Virus record (IMG/VR): IMGVR_UViG_3300037261_000044
Location: 31,228-95,227 of that record
Reading direction: 5' to 3' (one strand)
DNA from: a virus
DNA length: 64,000 bases
Of this stretch, positions 48,054 through 57,537 are shown in pieces. The stretch's first letter is position 1, and each line of letters opens with the position of its first letter. Both the position numbers and the translations under genes were made by a program. Below the pieces are notes generated by a model, which ran no database searches, was not told the DNA's origin, and saw only the letters and a program-made list of their open reading frames with translations.

Positions 48054-48547
48054 TTTCGTTTCGCACACCGTTCATTCGCGAGGAACTGTGGGGCCGCGAC
48101 CACAAGTCTACACTCCTGTACGTCGAGACGCGGGCTGTTGACCATGCCGGTGTACTGGGCAATGCCCAACTCCGTATCGACGCCTCCCGCCACCCCACGT
48201 TCCTCGCGCCTCGGAGCGCACAGAACGGGAAGGACTACCCGACGCGCCTGCGCGATGGGTACATGGAATACGACCACGATGACCTCGATTGCATCCTAGA
48301 CATGTGGGCTGCGGGTTTCGTCGCTGTCGCCTCCCCGGCGAAGGAGTGGTGGGACGTTGCGCCCGGTGCGCGCGGCCCTATCAAGCTGGGCACGTACTGG
48401 CCGAAGGGCCAGCACGTGGTCTGCATGCTGACGGGTGAGGGCTGGGTCTACGCCCAACGGCTGCGCCGCGCTCGCGCGGAGAAGCCGAACCCTGACCCGC
48501 CTGTGCGCCCGCTGCCGCCGAAGTCCCGACTCCCAGTGCCCGCGTAG
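48050..48547 (+). CDS. hypothetical phage protein
   Basis: WGRDH.STL.Y...YPTRL...HDD.DC. Confidence 0.7.
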   Translation: MISFRTPFIREELWGRDHKSTLLYVETRAVDHAGVLGNAQLRIDASRHPTFLAPRSAQNGKDYPTRLRDGYMEYDHDDLDCILDMWAAGFVAVASPAKEWWDVAPGARGPIKLGTYWPKGQHVVCMLTGEGWVYAQRLRRARAEKPNPDPPVRPLPPKSRLPVPA

Positions 48548-48586
48548 TCGGCTTAGCAGTTGTGTGAAAATCAAGGCGGTCGTTTC

Positions 48587-48949
48587 ATGAGCGCAGACCT
48601 CACTATCCTCAAGTCGATTCAGGCATACTACCCACATCCCTCGCGGCGGTTCTACTGCCGCTGCTGGGGTTGTGGTGAGCGCCGCTTCCTCGCGAATTGG
48701 TGGGAGGGACACCAGCTTGGTGCCCACTGGGGATTCTTCTGCGGACACTGCACGGTCATCATCGCGAGCATGCGCCTTGATGCGATGAACTTCGCCCGAG
48801 ACGCTGTGCGCATCGAAACATTGGACGAAGCGCTTGACCAATTCACATATGAGAACGTCTTACTCGACCCGGCGGCATCGGCAGTGTGCAAGCGCATCAA
48901 GGCATTACAGGCGGACATCGAACACGACTGCCAGACGAACGGCTACTGA
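48587..48949 (+). CDS. hypothetical protein with CxxC pairs
   Basis: CWGC...CGHC. Confidence 0.6.
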   Translation: MSADLTILKSIQAYYPHPSRRFYCRCWGCGERRFLANWWEGHQLGAHWGFFCGHCTVIIASMRLDAMNFARDAVRIETLDEALDQFTYENVLLDPAASAVCKRIKALQADIEHDCQTNGY

Positions 48950-49091
48950 TGCTCATCATGAAGTGTCCGAAGTGCAAGGACGTGGTACCGGTGACCGTCT
49001 GCCCTGTGTGCCGACAGCGCTACTGCGAGCAATGTTTGCCGGGGCACCAGTGCATCCGGTAGACTGACCAGAGAACAAAGAAGGAGACCTC

Positions 49092-49868
49092 ATGATTACC
49101 ATCCTCGGCTACACGGCGTACTTCCTCATCAGCGTGTTCAGTTGGCTGCAACTGGGCTTCAGCCTGCGCAAGAAGACCCTCAACCTCGGACTGCTCCCGC
49201 TCGTCGCACTGACCCTCGGGTTGGCACTGTTGCAGGTCACGCTCTTCTACGGCGTCGTCCCGACGTACATCATCGTCGGCAACGCCGCCAGCACCATCGG
49301 CACGGCGCTGATACTCCTGCATACGCTGAGCGTGCAGCGCGCTGCGCGGCGGCAGGCCATCATCGAGAAGGGCCGTGCTGGTCGAAGTCCTAACCTTGTG
49401 GACATGGCTCAGAACCAGATGCGCGCCATTCCTCCGGCGGGCAACCGGATTCAGATTGACACGCTGGACTTCAGTAGCAGGTCTCCGTATGCGTTCATGA
49501 CGCGCGACGACTTCCGGCTGTGCGCGGAGTGCTCCTGCCTCGTGTTCAACCTCCCGGAGAACGCCGTCAAGATTGTTGCCTACGATGTTTTCGCGAAGTT
49601 GGCACGACCTGATGCCCCGGAGGAAACAGACTTCGAGAAGATGCTCCTGCCTATGCGGGATGACTTCTACTGCCGGGAGGACAAGCCCGCGTACGACCGC
49701 GAAGTGATTGTCCTAGGCGCTGGCCCGGTATGCTCTGACCGTCTGTTCTACAAGCGCATGATGACAGATGCAGAGCACGCGCGACTGTGGCGCATCAGCG
49801 GCAACGTGGCTGCTGGACAGAACCCCATCTGGATGCAGGTGCGCGAGAATGGCGAGGCGTACGACTAA
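49092..49868 (+). CDS. 3-TM (SemiSWEET/PQ-loop-like) domain fused to a soluble domain
   Basis: AAGGAG RBS; three hydrophobic helices in the first 80 aa. Confidence 0.65.
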   Translation: MITILGYTAYFLISVFSWLQLGFSLRKKTLNLGLLPLVALTLGLALLQVTLFYGVVPTYIIVGNAASTIGTALILLHTLSVQRAARRQAIIEKGRAGRSPNLVDMAQNQMRAIPPAGNRIQIDTLDFSSRSPYAFMTRDDFRLCAECSCLVFNLPENAVKIVAYDVFAKLARPDAPEETDFEKMLLPMRDDFYCREDKPAYDREVIVLGAGPVCSDRLFYKRMMTDAEHARLWRISGNVAAGQNPIWMQVRENGEAYD

Positions 49869-50293
49869 TGACCCGCCGGATGAAGCCCTACTCAACGAAG
49901 CCCAACCCCGAGCGCCCACCGCTGTACATGTACAAGTTGGTGACGTTGTGGCAGAAGCGCATGAGGTTGGAAAACTGGGGCGACATCAAACTGTACACCC
50001 GAAACTTCAAGGATGCGACGGCGGCTGAGATGCGCTGGACGCGCGGCTACAAGGGAGCAGCGATTCACTTCGGACACAAGTGGTTGTGCAACCCGACCGT
50101 GACGTATGAGGAAGCAGAGCAGGTCATCGTCCATGAACTCTGTCACCTCATCTTCGCGGAGATGGACGACAAGTTCACGTATTATCTCGGTATCGGTGAA
50201 GTTTTCCTAGAGTACGCCGTAGCGCGTGAGGGTATGTGCGACCTCTGGGCGAACATGCTGGTGCAGCGATACAAGAGGGCAAAGCGAAAATGA
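49868..50293 (+). CDS. HExxH zincin-like protein
   Basis: VIVHELCH...REGMCD; similar to 44853-45296. Confidence 0.75.
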   Translation: MTRRMKPYSTKPNPERPPLYMYKLVTLWQKRMRLENWGDIKLYTRNFKDATAAEMRWTRGYKGAAIHFGHKWLCNPTVTYEEAEQVIVHELCHLIFAEMDDKFTYYLGIGEVFLEYAVAREGMCDLWANMLVQRYKRAKRK

Positions 50294-50801
50294 GTATCTT
50301 GACTTCCGTCTCCGGCCACGATGGCGACTGCCGACCCCGCGTCCCGAGCACCTGCCCTGCGTGCATTCTCTGCGACTGCGAGGGCACGTACTATGCCGAG
50401 GAAGGTCTCATCTGTGGCCCGTGCTTGCGCGCCTGCGTGACACTCTCCATCCTTGTCAGCCGACTCATACTTTCACTGGCGACGAAGGAGGCGAAGTGAT
50501 GGCGCTCGCCGCCGCGATAACCGTGTTCGTCGTGATGACCGCCGTTTCCATCTTTCTTTTTGGACGTGGCGATGAGTGAGTGGGTTCTCGCCGAGCAAGC
50601 CTACGTGAAGAACGGCGTCGCCTACCCACTGTTGGTTGAGGGCCAGACGGATGAGGTACGGCACCTACAGAACCCATGGGCACTGGCAAAGGGCATTCTC
50701 GCCTCGATGTGCGAGAAGGAACTCGGTTACGTCCTCGTGATGTCTCGGGTACCGTACCCAGTCTGCGCACGCTGCCTCAAGGCAGCAGAAGAGGTGAACG
50801 C

Positions 50802-51620
50802 ATGAAGTCCTATGCTGAACTCAAGAGCGCTAACGACTACCTCAAGAACCGGGAGCGCGGCCTGCTTCGAGTCATTGAAGAAATCGGTGCCGAGCGTGAC
50901 CGCCTCTTGAATGATGTCCGGCGGCATCAGAGCGAGGAAGATTCCTTGCGCTCTATCGCAGCACGCGCAGGCCAGCGTGCCAACGAGTTGTATCAAGAAC
51001 TCTGCGCGGCACAGAAAACTATTGACCAACTCACCAATGCCGAACAGGTCTGGGCCATGTTCGGTGCGGACGAGCAAGGCGTCTTCTGCACCAACCCGCA
51101 GACCGGTGAGCGCCTGCAACTCCTATGGTGGGAGAAGGCACTCACTGCTGTCCCTTGCGCAGAACCTCTCTTCCCGAGTGGCCTATGCCGTCAACCTCAA
51201 GGACACGATGGTGAGTGCGACGGCCCGCGTGCATTATGGCCTATGTCCGGGGACTGCACGCGCTCCGCTGGGCATCAAGGCCCATGCAACGGATTCCCGG
51301 TTCTCGGTTGTGAGCGCCCGCTGTTGTGCCGCGTCCCCATCACACAGGATGAGCAATGCAATCGCTTCGCCGGACATTACGGTGAGCACATGCATCTGAA
51401 CAAGGCCGACCCGCAACCAGCCGCCGCACCGCTCTTCGCCAGAGCGAAGACCCCAGCAGAATCGGCAGGGCTGAAGACACGCCCGCTCTGCAACAGGGTC
51501 GAGGGCCATGAGTGCGGGTGCGCTTTCATTGTGAATCCTGACTTCTCGCGACCGTTCTGCAATCGCATGTGGCACCCGGACTCCTGCGACGAATACTGTC
51601 AGGGGCACTCCAATGTTTGA
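50802..51620 (+). CDS. coiled-coil plus repeated C-x4-GH-x-G motif protein
   Basis: GAGG RBS; repeats seen in the translation. Confidence 0.75.
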   Translation: MKSYAELKSANDYLKNRERGLLRVIEEIGAERDRLLNDVRRHQSEEDSLRSIAARAGQRANELYQELCAAQKTIDQLTNAEQVWAMFGADEQGVFCTNPQTGERLQLLWWEKALTAVPCAEPLFPSGLCRQPQGHDGECDGPRALWPMSGDCTRSAGHQGPCNGFPVLGCERPLLCRVPITQDEQCNRFAGHYGEHMHLNKADPQPAAAPLFARAKTPAESAGLKTRPLCNRVEGHECGCAFIVNPDFSRPFCNRMWHPDSCDEYCQGHSNV

Positions 51621-51930
51621 GGAAGACATGGACGGCGAGCCGCTAGGATGCGACCACCCTATCCGCTGGTTCCATCGGGTGGCGGCGTGGTCACACGAGC
51701 GCATCGAGCGCATGACATTCATTGACCGGGAGAAGTGGCACCGCCGCCTCCCGGACTGGGTGTGCGAAGCCTACGAGCGCATCGAGTTTGGCTACCCGTG
51801 CTGGGTCTGTGTCGCCGACCGGGAGCGCGAGTATGGCGCGACCATCAAGACCGACGATGACGTGCGAGCCAAGTTCCCTTGTCCGGGATGCGGCGAGGTT
51901 CATCAGTTCGGATGCGAAGGCACCTCCTAG
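51613..51930 (+). CDS. hypothetical protein
   Basis: CWVC...CPGCG. Confidence 0.6.
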   Translation: MFEEDMDGEPLGCDHPIRWFHRVAAWSHERIERMTFIDREKWHRRLPDWVCEAYERIEFGYPCWVCVADREREYGATIKTDDDVRAKFPCPGCGEVHQFGCEGTS

Positions 51931-51962
51931 TCCGCCACCCATAAGAGCGGACAGTGCGACAG

Positions 51963-51996
51963 GAAGACCCCCGGCACTGCGACACCGGGGGTCTTC
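51963..51996 (+). terminator. hairpin terminator
   Basis: GAAGACCCCCGG-10-CCGGGGGTCTTC; resembles the 29845 hairpin. Confidence 0.75.
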
Positions 51997-52017
51997 TGTG
52001 CCCAGCAACTACCTCGC

Positions 52018-52050
52018 TTGACTCCCTTTGTTGAATGCACGTATACTGAA
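52018..52050 (+). promoter_or_regulatory. promoter of the virion operon
   Basis: TTGACT-18-TATACT within GTATACTGAA. Confidence 0.7.
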
Positions 52051-52090
52051 GAGACAGCCCCACTGGCGCTGAACCTTCAGGAGATACCTC

Positions 52091-52255
52091 ATGGCTATGA
52101 CCAAGCCCCCCAAGGGCAAAGCCCCAAAGTCGGACGGCAAGCCTGCCAAGAATCTTCCGCCGTGGCTGCAAGCCAAGGGTGCCAAGGCTCCGGCCAAGGG
52201 CACCAAGGGCGGCAAGGCTCCGAAGTCCAGCAATCCGTTCGCGAAGAAGAAGTAA
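52091..52255 (+). CDS. small Lys-rich protein (54 aa, missed by the ORF track)
   Basis: AGGAG RBS; MAMTKPPKGK...NPFAKKK. Confidence 0.75.
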   Translation: MAMTKPPKGKAPKSDGKPAKNLPPWLQAKGAKAPAKGTKGGKAPKSSNPFAKKK

Positions 52256-52259
52256 CGCG

Positions 52260-52475
52260 ATGGCGATGACGCGCAAGCCCAAGACGAAGACCATCAGCGC
52301 GCCGGGGAAGAAGCCCATCACGTTCAAGCCGGGTGGCTTGCACGAATCGACCGGCACCCCCTCCGGGAAACCGATTCCCGCCGCGAAGAAGGCCAAAGCA
52401 CTCTCGGGAGGTTTCGGCCCGAAGGCGAAGAGACAAGCACAGTTCGCGAAGAACGTCCTCAATCACGGCGACTAG
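52260..52475 (+). CDS. small basic protein
   Basis: MAMTRKPK...KPGGLH...GKPIP...KRQAQFAKNVL. Confidence 0.75.
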   Translation: MAMTRKPKTKTISAPGKKPITFKPGGLHESTGTPSGKPIPAAKKAKALSGGFGPKAKRQAQFAKNVLNHGD

Positions 52476-52485
52476 GAGTACCACC

Positions 52486-52902
52486 ATGGCTCTCACGAAA
52501 CTTCCCCGAGGCACGCAGGCCGGTGTCGGCACGTCTACTGGTTTGGCTGCGGCCTCGACCAGTGGCCCGACTGGCAAGGTGCCGTCCGGTAACACCCCGA
52601 AGTCCAGCACTGGCAAGACCATCAAGCCTGCTGGCTCCCAGCGCATGTCCTCGGTGAGTGTCAAGGTGACTCGCGCTCCCGAAGGTCAGACCAACGGTGT
52701 CATCCCGCGCAAGTCCGCTCCCGGCGGCATGTCCAAGCAGGGCGACAACGGCAACCGCAAGCCCACGGAGAAGTCCTTCGGCAAGGACAAGCACGACGGC
52801 GGCGGCAAGGTCGGTGGCCGAAAGGTTGCAGGCCCGATTGCCAGCGGCGGCAACGGCTTCGGTCAGGGCAGCGGTCTGCTCGGCGGCGTCAGCAATAGCT
52901 AA
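52486..52902 (+). CDS. basic Gly/Ser/Lys-rich protein
   Basis: AGGAG RBS; MALTKLPRG. Confidence 0.75.
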   Translation: MALTKLPRGTQAGVGTSTGLAAASTSGPTGKVPSGNTPKSSTGKTIKPAGSQRMSSVSVKVTRAPEGQTNGVIPRKSAPGGMSKQGDNGNRKPTEKSFGKDKHDGGGKVGGRKVAGPIASGGNGFGQGSGLLGGVSNS

Positions 52903-52934
52903 TCGCGACATGATGTCGCGATTCATGTCGCGAT
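52901..52934. repeat. palindrome AATCGCGACATGATGTCGCGATT plus an extra half-site
   Basis: Seen directly; intergenic. Confidence 0.7.
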
Positions 52935-52947
52935 AAGGGAGTGCACC

Positions 52948-53157
52948 ATGGCCCTTACCCGGAACAAGAAGTCAACTCGCGCTGCGCGCAAGCCCTCGGC
53001 ACCAAAGAATGTCGGCGGTCTGCCACCACTCGGCGGCGCTCTTCCTGCAACCCCTGCGCCTACCAACACTGGCGTCAATGGCTTCGGTGGCTCACGCCCC
53101 ACGGCCAAGCGCGCTACCGCTGTGACAAGCGGCGGCGGCAGCTTCGGCCAGAAGTAG
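52948..53157 (+). CDS. small basic protein
   Basis: GGGAG RBS; MALTRNKK. Confidence 0.7.
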   Translation: MALTRNKKSTRAARKPSAPKNVGGLPPLGGALPATPAPTNTGVNGFGGSRPTAKRATAVTSGGGSFGQK

Positions 53158-53184
53158 AACGCGCCACACAGTTAGGTTTCCCTG

Positions 53185-55182
53185 ATGGCGTCTGCCCAGA
53201 CCAAGAAACGGGATAACAAGGCCAGCGCAACTACCGCATGGTCTATCATTGATGTATTGAAGCGGGCGTTCTCTGACCGAGACGCCATCTGGCCGGTACG
53301 CCGCCGCGTGCGCCTGCGCCAAGAAGACCCACCGATTCCTGAGGCATACACCGGTACCGCCCTGCGCCACAAGAGCGCGGAGCTAGACTGGGCTGTGCGC
53401 CAGATTGTCTCCTTGCTCGGCGAGAACCGCGAGCAGTACATCATCTACGCCCCCAACGAAACCGAGAAGATGCAGCGCAAGGCTGATGACTGTCAGAAGA
53501 CCGTCAGCGCGATGATGCAGATGTTGGATGAGCGCCACCCCATCGAGCGCCCTCGGCAACTGTGTCACGACTTCCAAGTAGCGGATGGTATCGCTGCGGA
53601 GAAGTTCACGTTCCCGCAAGACTACTTTGACACGGTGCGCGCCGGTAAGGGCGACAAGAGTTGGAAGGATGCATGGACGGATTACGTGCGCACCGAGCAC
53701 GAGATACCGCTCCGTAAGCATGCAGTAGACCCGTTCACTCTGTACTGGGAGTTCGACCTCAACGGACTGGCTGTCGTCGCGGAGCACGCGCGGGCGCGCA
53801 AGTCATCGCTCATGGACGACTATGCGGAGAACAAGGCAGTCTGCGACGCCATCGCGCGCATCCCTGTCGGCGACGGGTTCACACCCGGTAGCGCCACAGC
53901 GGGTAGCAGCAGCACAGTATCAGTTGGCAGTCCGGGCGCGACATCATTCGGCGACAACGGGGAGATGATGAACATCCTCGAAGTCTGGACGCGGAAGGAC
54001 TTCTACCTGCTGGTCGAGAACGCTGGGACACCCGCGCTCCTGTACCACGAGAAGCACCCGTTCAAGCGCCCGCCATACTTCTTCGCTCCCGGCATCTTGA
54101 CCGGCAGTCAGAACCCTCTGCACCAGTTCCAGCCGTTGGTACTCCCGATGTACCCGCTGGCGTTGGAGTTGTCGGCAGTGCGGACGGCGCGCCTCAACGC
54201 AGCCTTCCTCTCATCGTTCAAACCGTTCTACGTGAAGTACGCAGCGGGCGTCTCCGAGGACGAAGAGAGTGGCAACATCAAGATTCACTTCTTGCTGCCG
54301 GGGTCGAACATCCCGAGCCTCAAGGGCGGCGAGATTGTCGCCATCGAGTGGACGAATCTCAACGAACTTGAGAAGCTAGAAGCCTCGCTCATGCAAGACC
54401 GTGAGCGTTTTGGTTTCCAGTCGATACTCGCGGGCAACGTAGCCGCCAGTGGCGACAGCACCGCGTGGGCCACGCGCATGATGCGCGACCAAGGCATGGT
54501 GCAGTTCAACGGTGTGCTGCGGAACTACGCGCAGATGCGTGCCGACGAAGTGCGGTTCATCATGGCCTTCGTCCGCGATGTTCTCAAGATGGACATCCCG
54601 ATTGCCCGGTTCATCCAACCGAAGGGCACAGGCAACAGCACCGGCCACATGGAGATGCTGTACCTCACCGAAGAGATGTGCAACACCGGATTCGAAGTCC
54701 AGTGTCGTCTGACCGCAGGCAAGGCATCCGACCGCATCTCCATCGTTGAAGAGTTCCGCCGTGCGCACGAAGCCGGTGAGGTCTCGCAGCGCATGGTACG
54801 CGAAGAGGCGTGGCAGTTCGAGAACGCTTCGGAGATTGAGGACGAAGTTCTGGACGAGCAGATTCGACAGGCGCTCATGCCCAAGCTGCTCGAACTCATC
54901 ACGACCATGGCGACCGAGGGTGCTCAGGAAGAGTTGTCTCAGCCGCAGAACTTGTCCCCGCAGATGGCTGCTCAGCAGGCTCAGGAGCAGGCCGCTGCGC
55001 AGGCACAGGCAGCACAGGCCGCAGCGATGCAGGCCAGTGGTGGTGGCGCAACCATCCCGCAGGGCGGTCAGAATGCCGTGACCGGAGAGATGCCCGCCGG
55101 AGCCGCTGAAGCTGGCATCGGGCAAGGGTTGAATAACCCGGAGATACCAGCCGACCAAGGCCCACCCGCAGTAGCGCATTAG
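53185..55182 (+). CDS. probable portal protein
   Basis: 665 aa; VDP..LYW, EVW, HPFKRPPY, SGDSTAWA, Gln/Ala-rich C-terminal tail; heads the virion operon. Confidence 0.7.
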   Translation: MASAQTKKRDNKASATTAWSIIDVLKRAFSDRDAIWPVRRRVRLRQEDPPIPEAYTGTALRHKSAELDWAVRQIVSLLGENREQYIIYAPNETEKMQRKADDCQKTVSAMMQMLDERHPIERPRQLCHDFQVADGIAAEKFTFPQDYFDTVRAGKGDKSWKDAWTDYVRTEHEIPLRKHAVDPFTLYWEFDLNGLAVVAEHARARKSSLMDDYAENKAVCDAIARIPVGDGFTPGSATAGSSSTVSVGSPGATSFGDNGEMMNILEVWTRKDFYLLVENAGTPALLYHEKHPFKRPPYFFAPGILTGSQNPLHQFQPLVLPMYPLALELSAVRTARLNAAFLSSFKPFYVKYAAGVSEDEESGNIKIHFLLPGSNIPSLKGGEIVAIEWTNLNELEKLEASLMQDRERFGFQSILAGNVAASGDSTAWATRMMRDQGMVQFNGVLRNYAQMRADEVRFIMAFVRDVLKMDIPIARFIQPKGTGNSTGHMEMLYLTEEMCNTGFEVQCRLTAGKASDRISIVEEFRRAHEAGEVSQRMVREEAWQFENASEIEDEVLDEQIRQALMPKLLELITTMATEGAQEELSQPQNLSPQMAAQQAQEQAAAQAQAAQAAAMQASGGGATIPQGGQNAVTGEMPAGAAEAGIGQGLNNPEIPADQGPPAVAH

Positions 55183-55191
55183 GGAGAAGCA

Positions 55192-55512
55192 ATGAGCGTG
55201 CAAGTGCAGAATGTCAGGTTATCGGAGGATGCTGTAGCACGGGCATGGGCTGGGGCGGTGATTGACACAGACGGTTGGATTGGGCTGTCTGGGTCTCCGC
55301 TGAAGTATGCACGTGCCATTGTCACTAACCAGAACCTCGAAATTATTTCTGCTCTCTTGAGGCATTTCGGCGGCGGGGCACGCTTTGCCCAACCCGGAGT
55401 GAAGGGGCCAATCTGGGAATGGTACAGGGGCGGCGAAGGCCCAGCCATGGCTTTCATTGAAGCTATCTCTCCTTACTCAACCAAGGCGCAAGCATTCCTT
55501 GGTGGAAATTAG
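55192..55512 (+). CDS. LAGLIDADG homing endonuclease-like protein
   Basis: AWAGAVIDTDGWIG, VTNQN, FGG, WEW, I.PY..K. Confidence 0.8.
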   Translation: MSVQVQNVRLSEDAVARAWAGAVIDTDGWIGLSGSPLKYARAIVTNQNLEIISALLRHFGGGARFAQPGVKGPIWEWYRGGEGPAMAFIEAISPYSTKAQAFLGGN

Positions 55513-55523
55513 GTATACTGAAA

Positions 55524-55955
55524 TTGGCGCAGAAGACGGAAGTCCGTGATGTTTGGGGCGCAGACCAGTACGAGGCCATTGTCAAACGGTCTGTGGACTG
55601 GGCAGTGCCATTCATGGTTGATGCTGTCAAAGCGCTGTGGCGCGACGGTCGCCCTCTCGGTACGTCCGTCGTCCCTGAGCAGCAACGTCTGACATCGCTG
55701 CTTGAAGCAGGCCCGGAGTTCTGGGACGCCCTCAAGGGGAACAACGCCCCGGTCGCCGCCAAGCTGGCCGCGAACATCCTCAGTGCCCGCGCCGCCGGTA
55801 AGATTCCTGAGCAAGGCCCGCGCGTCGGCGAAGCCCAGCAGATTGAAGAGCAACAGCAGAAACTCTCGACCGCACCAGCGCCGCTGGGCACCGAGCGGTT
55901 CCACCCAATCCCGGCCTCCATCGTCAGCGGGGCTGCGGACACGACGACAGGATAA
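55524..55955 (+). CDS. hypothetical virion-region protein
   Basis: TTG start directly after GGTATACTGAA. Confidence 0.7.
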   Translation: MAQKTEVRDVWGADQYEAIVKRSVDWAVPFMVDAVKALWRDGRPLGTSVVPEQQRLTSLLEAGPEFWDALKGNNAPVAAKLAANILSARAAGKIPEQGPRVGEAQQIEEQQQKLSTAPAPLGTERFHPIPASIVSGAADTTTG

Positions 55956-55958
55956 GTC

Positions 55959-57536
55959 ATGGGTAGTGCTCCCGGTCTCTTCTCACTCGTGCAGGGCGTC
56001 AAGGCTGGCGTCTCTCCGGCGATGCAGGCGAAACTGCACGACACCGCCGCGAAGGCTACCGCCGCTGCCGCTTCATTGCAGGCAGCCGCCGCTGCCGCCG
56101 CCGCGCCGCGTGGCATGGTTCCGAACACTCCTGCGACGATGGCTGCAATGGCTCCCCCGCCGCCCGCGCCGGGTATGCCTGTTGCACCCATGGCCCCGCC
56201 GAGCATTCCCGGTATGCTCGCTCCTGCCGTCCCCGGTCGAGACGCTGGTGGCCCGGTAGACATGAACGCCGCACCGGGAGACCTGTATCAGTCCATGGCG
56301 ACCGGCCCCGCGCAGACGCCGCCCGCGCCGCCCGCGCCCGCGCCGTCCGGCGGTAACCCGCTTCTCGAAGCGCAGAGTCCTATTGCCAGCGTGCTGTTGC
56401 AGATTGCGCAGCAATACGGCCTACTCGACGCGAACGGCCAGCCCGACCTTGCACAGGCGCAGCAGATTTACGACCAGAATCCTTCGGCCTATACAGTCGG
56501 CAACCCGAACGGGGGCACGCCCACGGCGGCGACTCCGGTGAACATGCCCGGTGTCCCCGGCGCAACGTCATCGACTCCGATGGGGGCGCATGCAGCGGCT
56601 CCCGGTGGTCTTGTCCCCGGCGCTGTTGCCGGAGCGACCATTCGCATTCCCGGATACCTCGGCGGCACGCCAACGCCGACGCCGGGTAATGGGCCAATGG
56701 CGGGGCCGGTCGGTACGCCTGACCCGCAGGTGACGAGTGGCAGCACCATGTCCACACCGGTCAGTGGCGCGCCGGGTACATTCCACGCTGTGTACGACCC
56801 TTCGACCGGTGCTCACTACATCGACAACACCAGTGGCGCAGAAGTCTTTCCGTTTGGGCAGGACACCACCACAGGTAGCATGCCTGACACTTCCCCAGTC
56901 GGCCTGCCGTCCGGTGGCGCGGCAGCCCCCGGTGGCCCGAATGTTGACCCATCCGACCTCTACCACTATGCCCAACTCGTGAAGGCTGGGTACGCGGCGG
57001 ACTTGGGTTCTGCCATGACGTTGTGGAACGGAATGAATGCGCAGGAGCGCGCGCAGTTCCTCGGCAGTCCTGCCGGTGGTGGAACGGCCCCGCAGTCGGC
57101 TGACTCAGCGGCGTCGCTCGCGCAGGCCGCAGCGCAGTTTGCGCAGACCATGGCATTCAACCGGGCCAAGCAGGCTTCGGACGAGGCGGTAGCACAACAG
57201 ACCGCAGCGGCAGGCGCTTCCAAGGCGAACCAAGACTACCAAGTGAATCAGGCGAACCTCTTCGACACGGCGCAGGCGCAGAAGCAGTCGGCGACGACGA
57301 GCGCGCTCGGTGAGTGGAGCAAGAACATCGGCCTCGCGACATCTCCTGCTTTGCAGGCCGCACTCGGAAATGGGAACTTCATCTCTGGTGGCGCTGCGGC
57401 TAACGCTGCTGCCATGGGCAATCAGCCAACACTGAGGTTCGACCCAGCACTCGCGTATGGTGCGGCACCAGCGCCGCAGGTATTGACGGCACCGAACATT
57501 CCTTCCATCCAGTTCCCGACACAGCAGGCTGCGTAA
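55959..57536 (+). CDS. Ala/Pro/Gly-rich putative internal virion (ejection) protein
   Basis: Low-complexity sequence with Gln/Ala helices; downstream of the portal. Confidence 0.65.
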   Translation: MGSAPGLFSLVQGVKAGVSPAMQAKLHDTAAKATAAAASLQAAAAAAAAPRGMVPNTPATMAAMAPPPPAPGMPVAPMAPPSIPGMLAPAVPGRDAGGPVDMNAAPGDLYQSMATGPAQTPPAPPAPAPSGGNPLLEAQSPIASVLLQIAQQYGLLDANGQPDLAQAQQIYDQNPSAYTVGNPNGGTPTAATPVNMPGVPGATSSTPMGAHAAAPGGLVPGAVAGATIRIPGYLGGTPTPTPGNGPMAGPVGTPDPQVTSGSTMSTPVSGAPGTFHAVYDPSTGAHYIDNTSGAEVFPFGQDTTTGSMPDTSPVGLPSGGAAAPGGPNVDPSDLYHYAQLVKAGYAADLGSAMTLWNGMNAQERAQFLGSPAGGGTAPQSADSAASLAQAAAQFAQTMAFNRAKQASDEAVAQQTAAAGASKANQDYQVNQANLFDTAQAQKQSATTSALGEWSKNIGLATSPALQAALGNGNFISGGAAANAAAMGNQPTLRFDPALAYGAAPAPQVLTAPNIPSIQFPTQQAA

Positions 57537-57537
57537 C

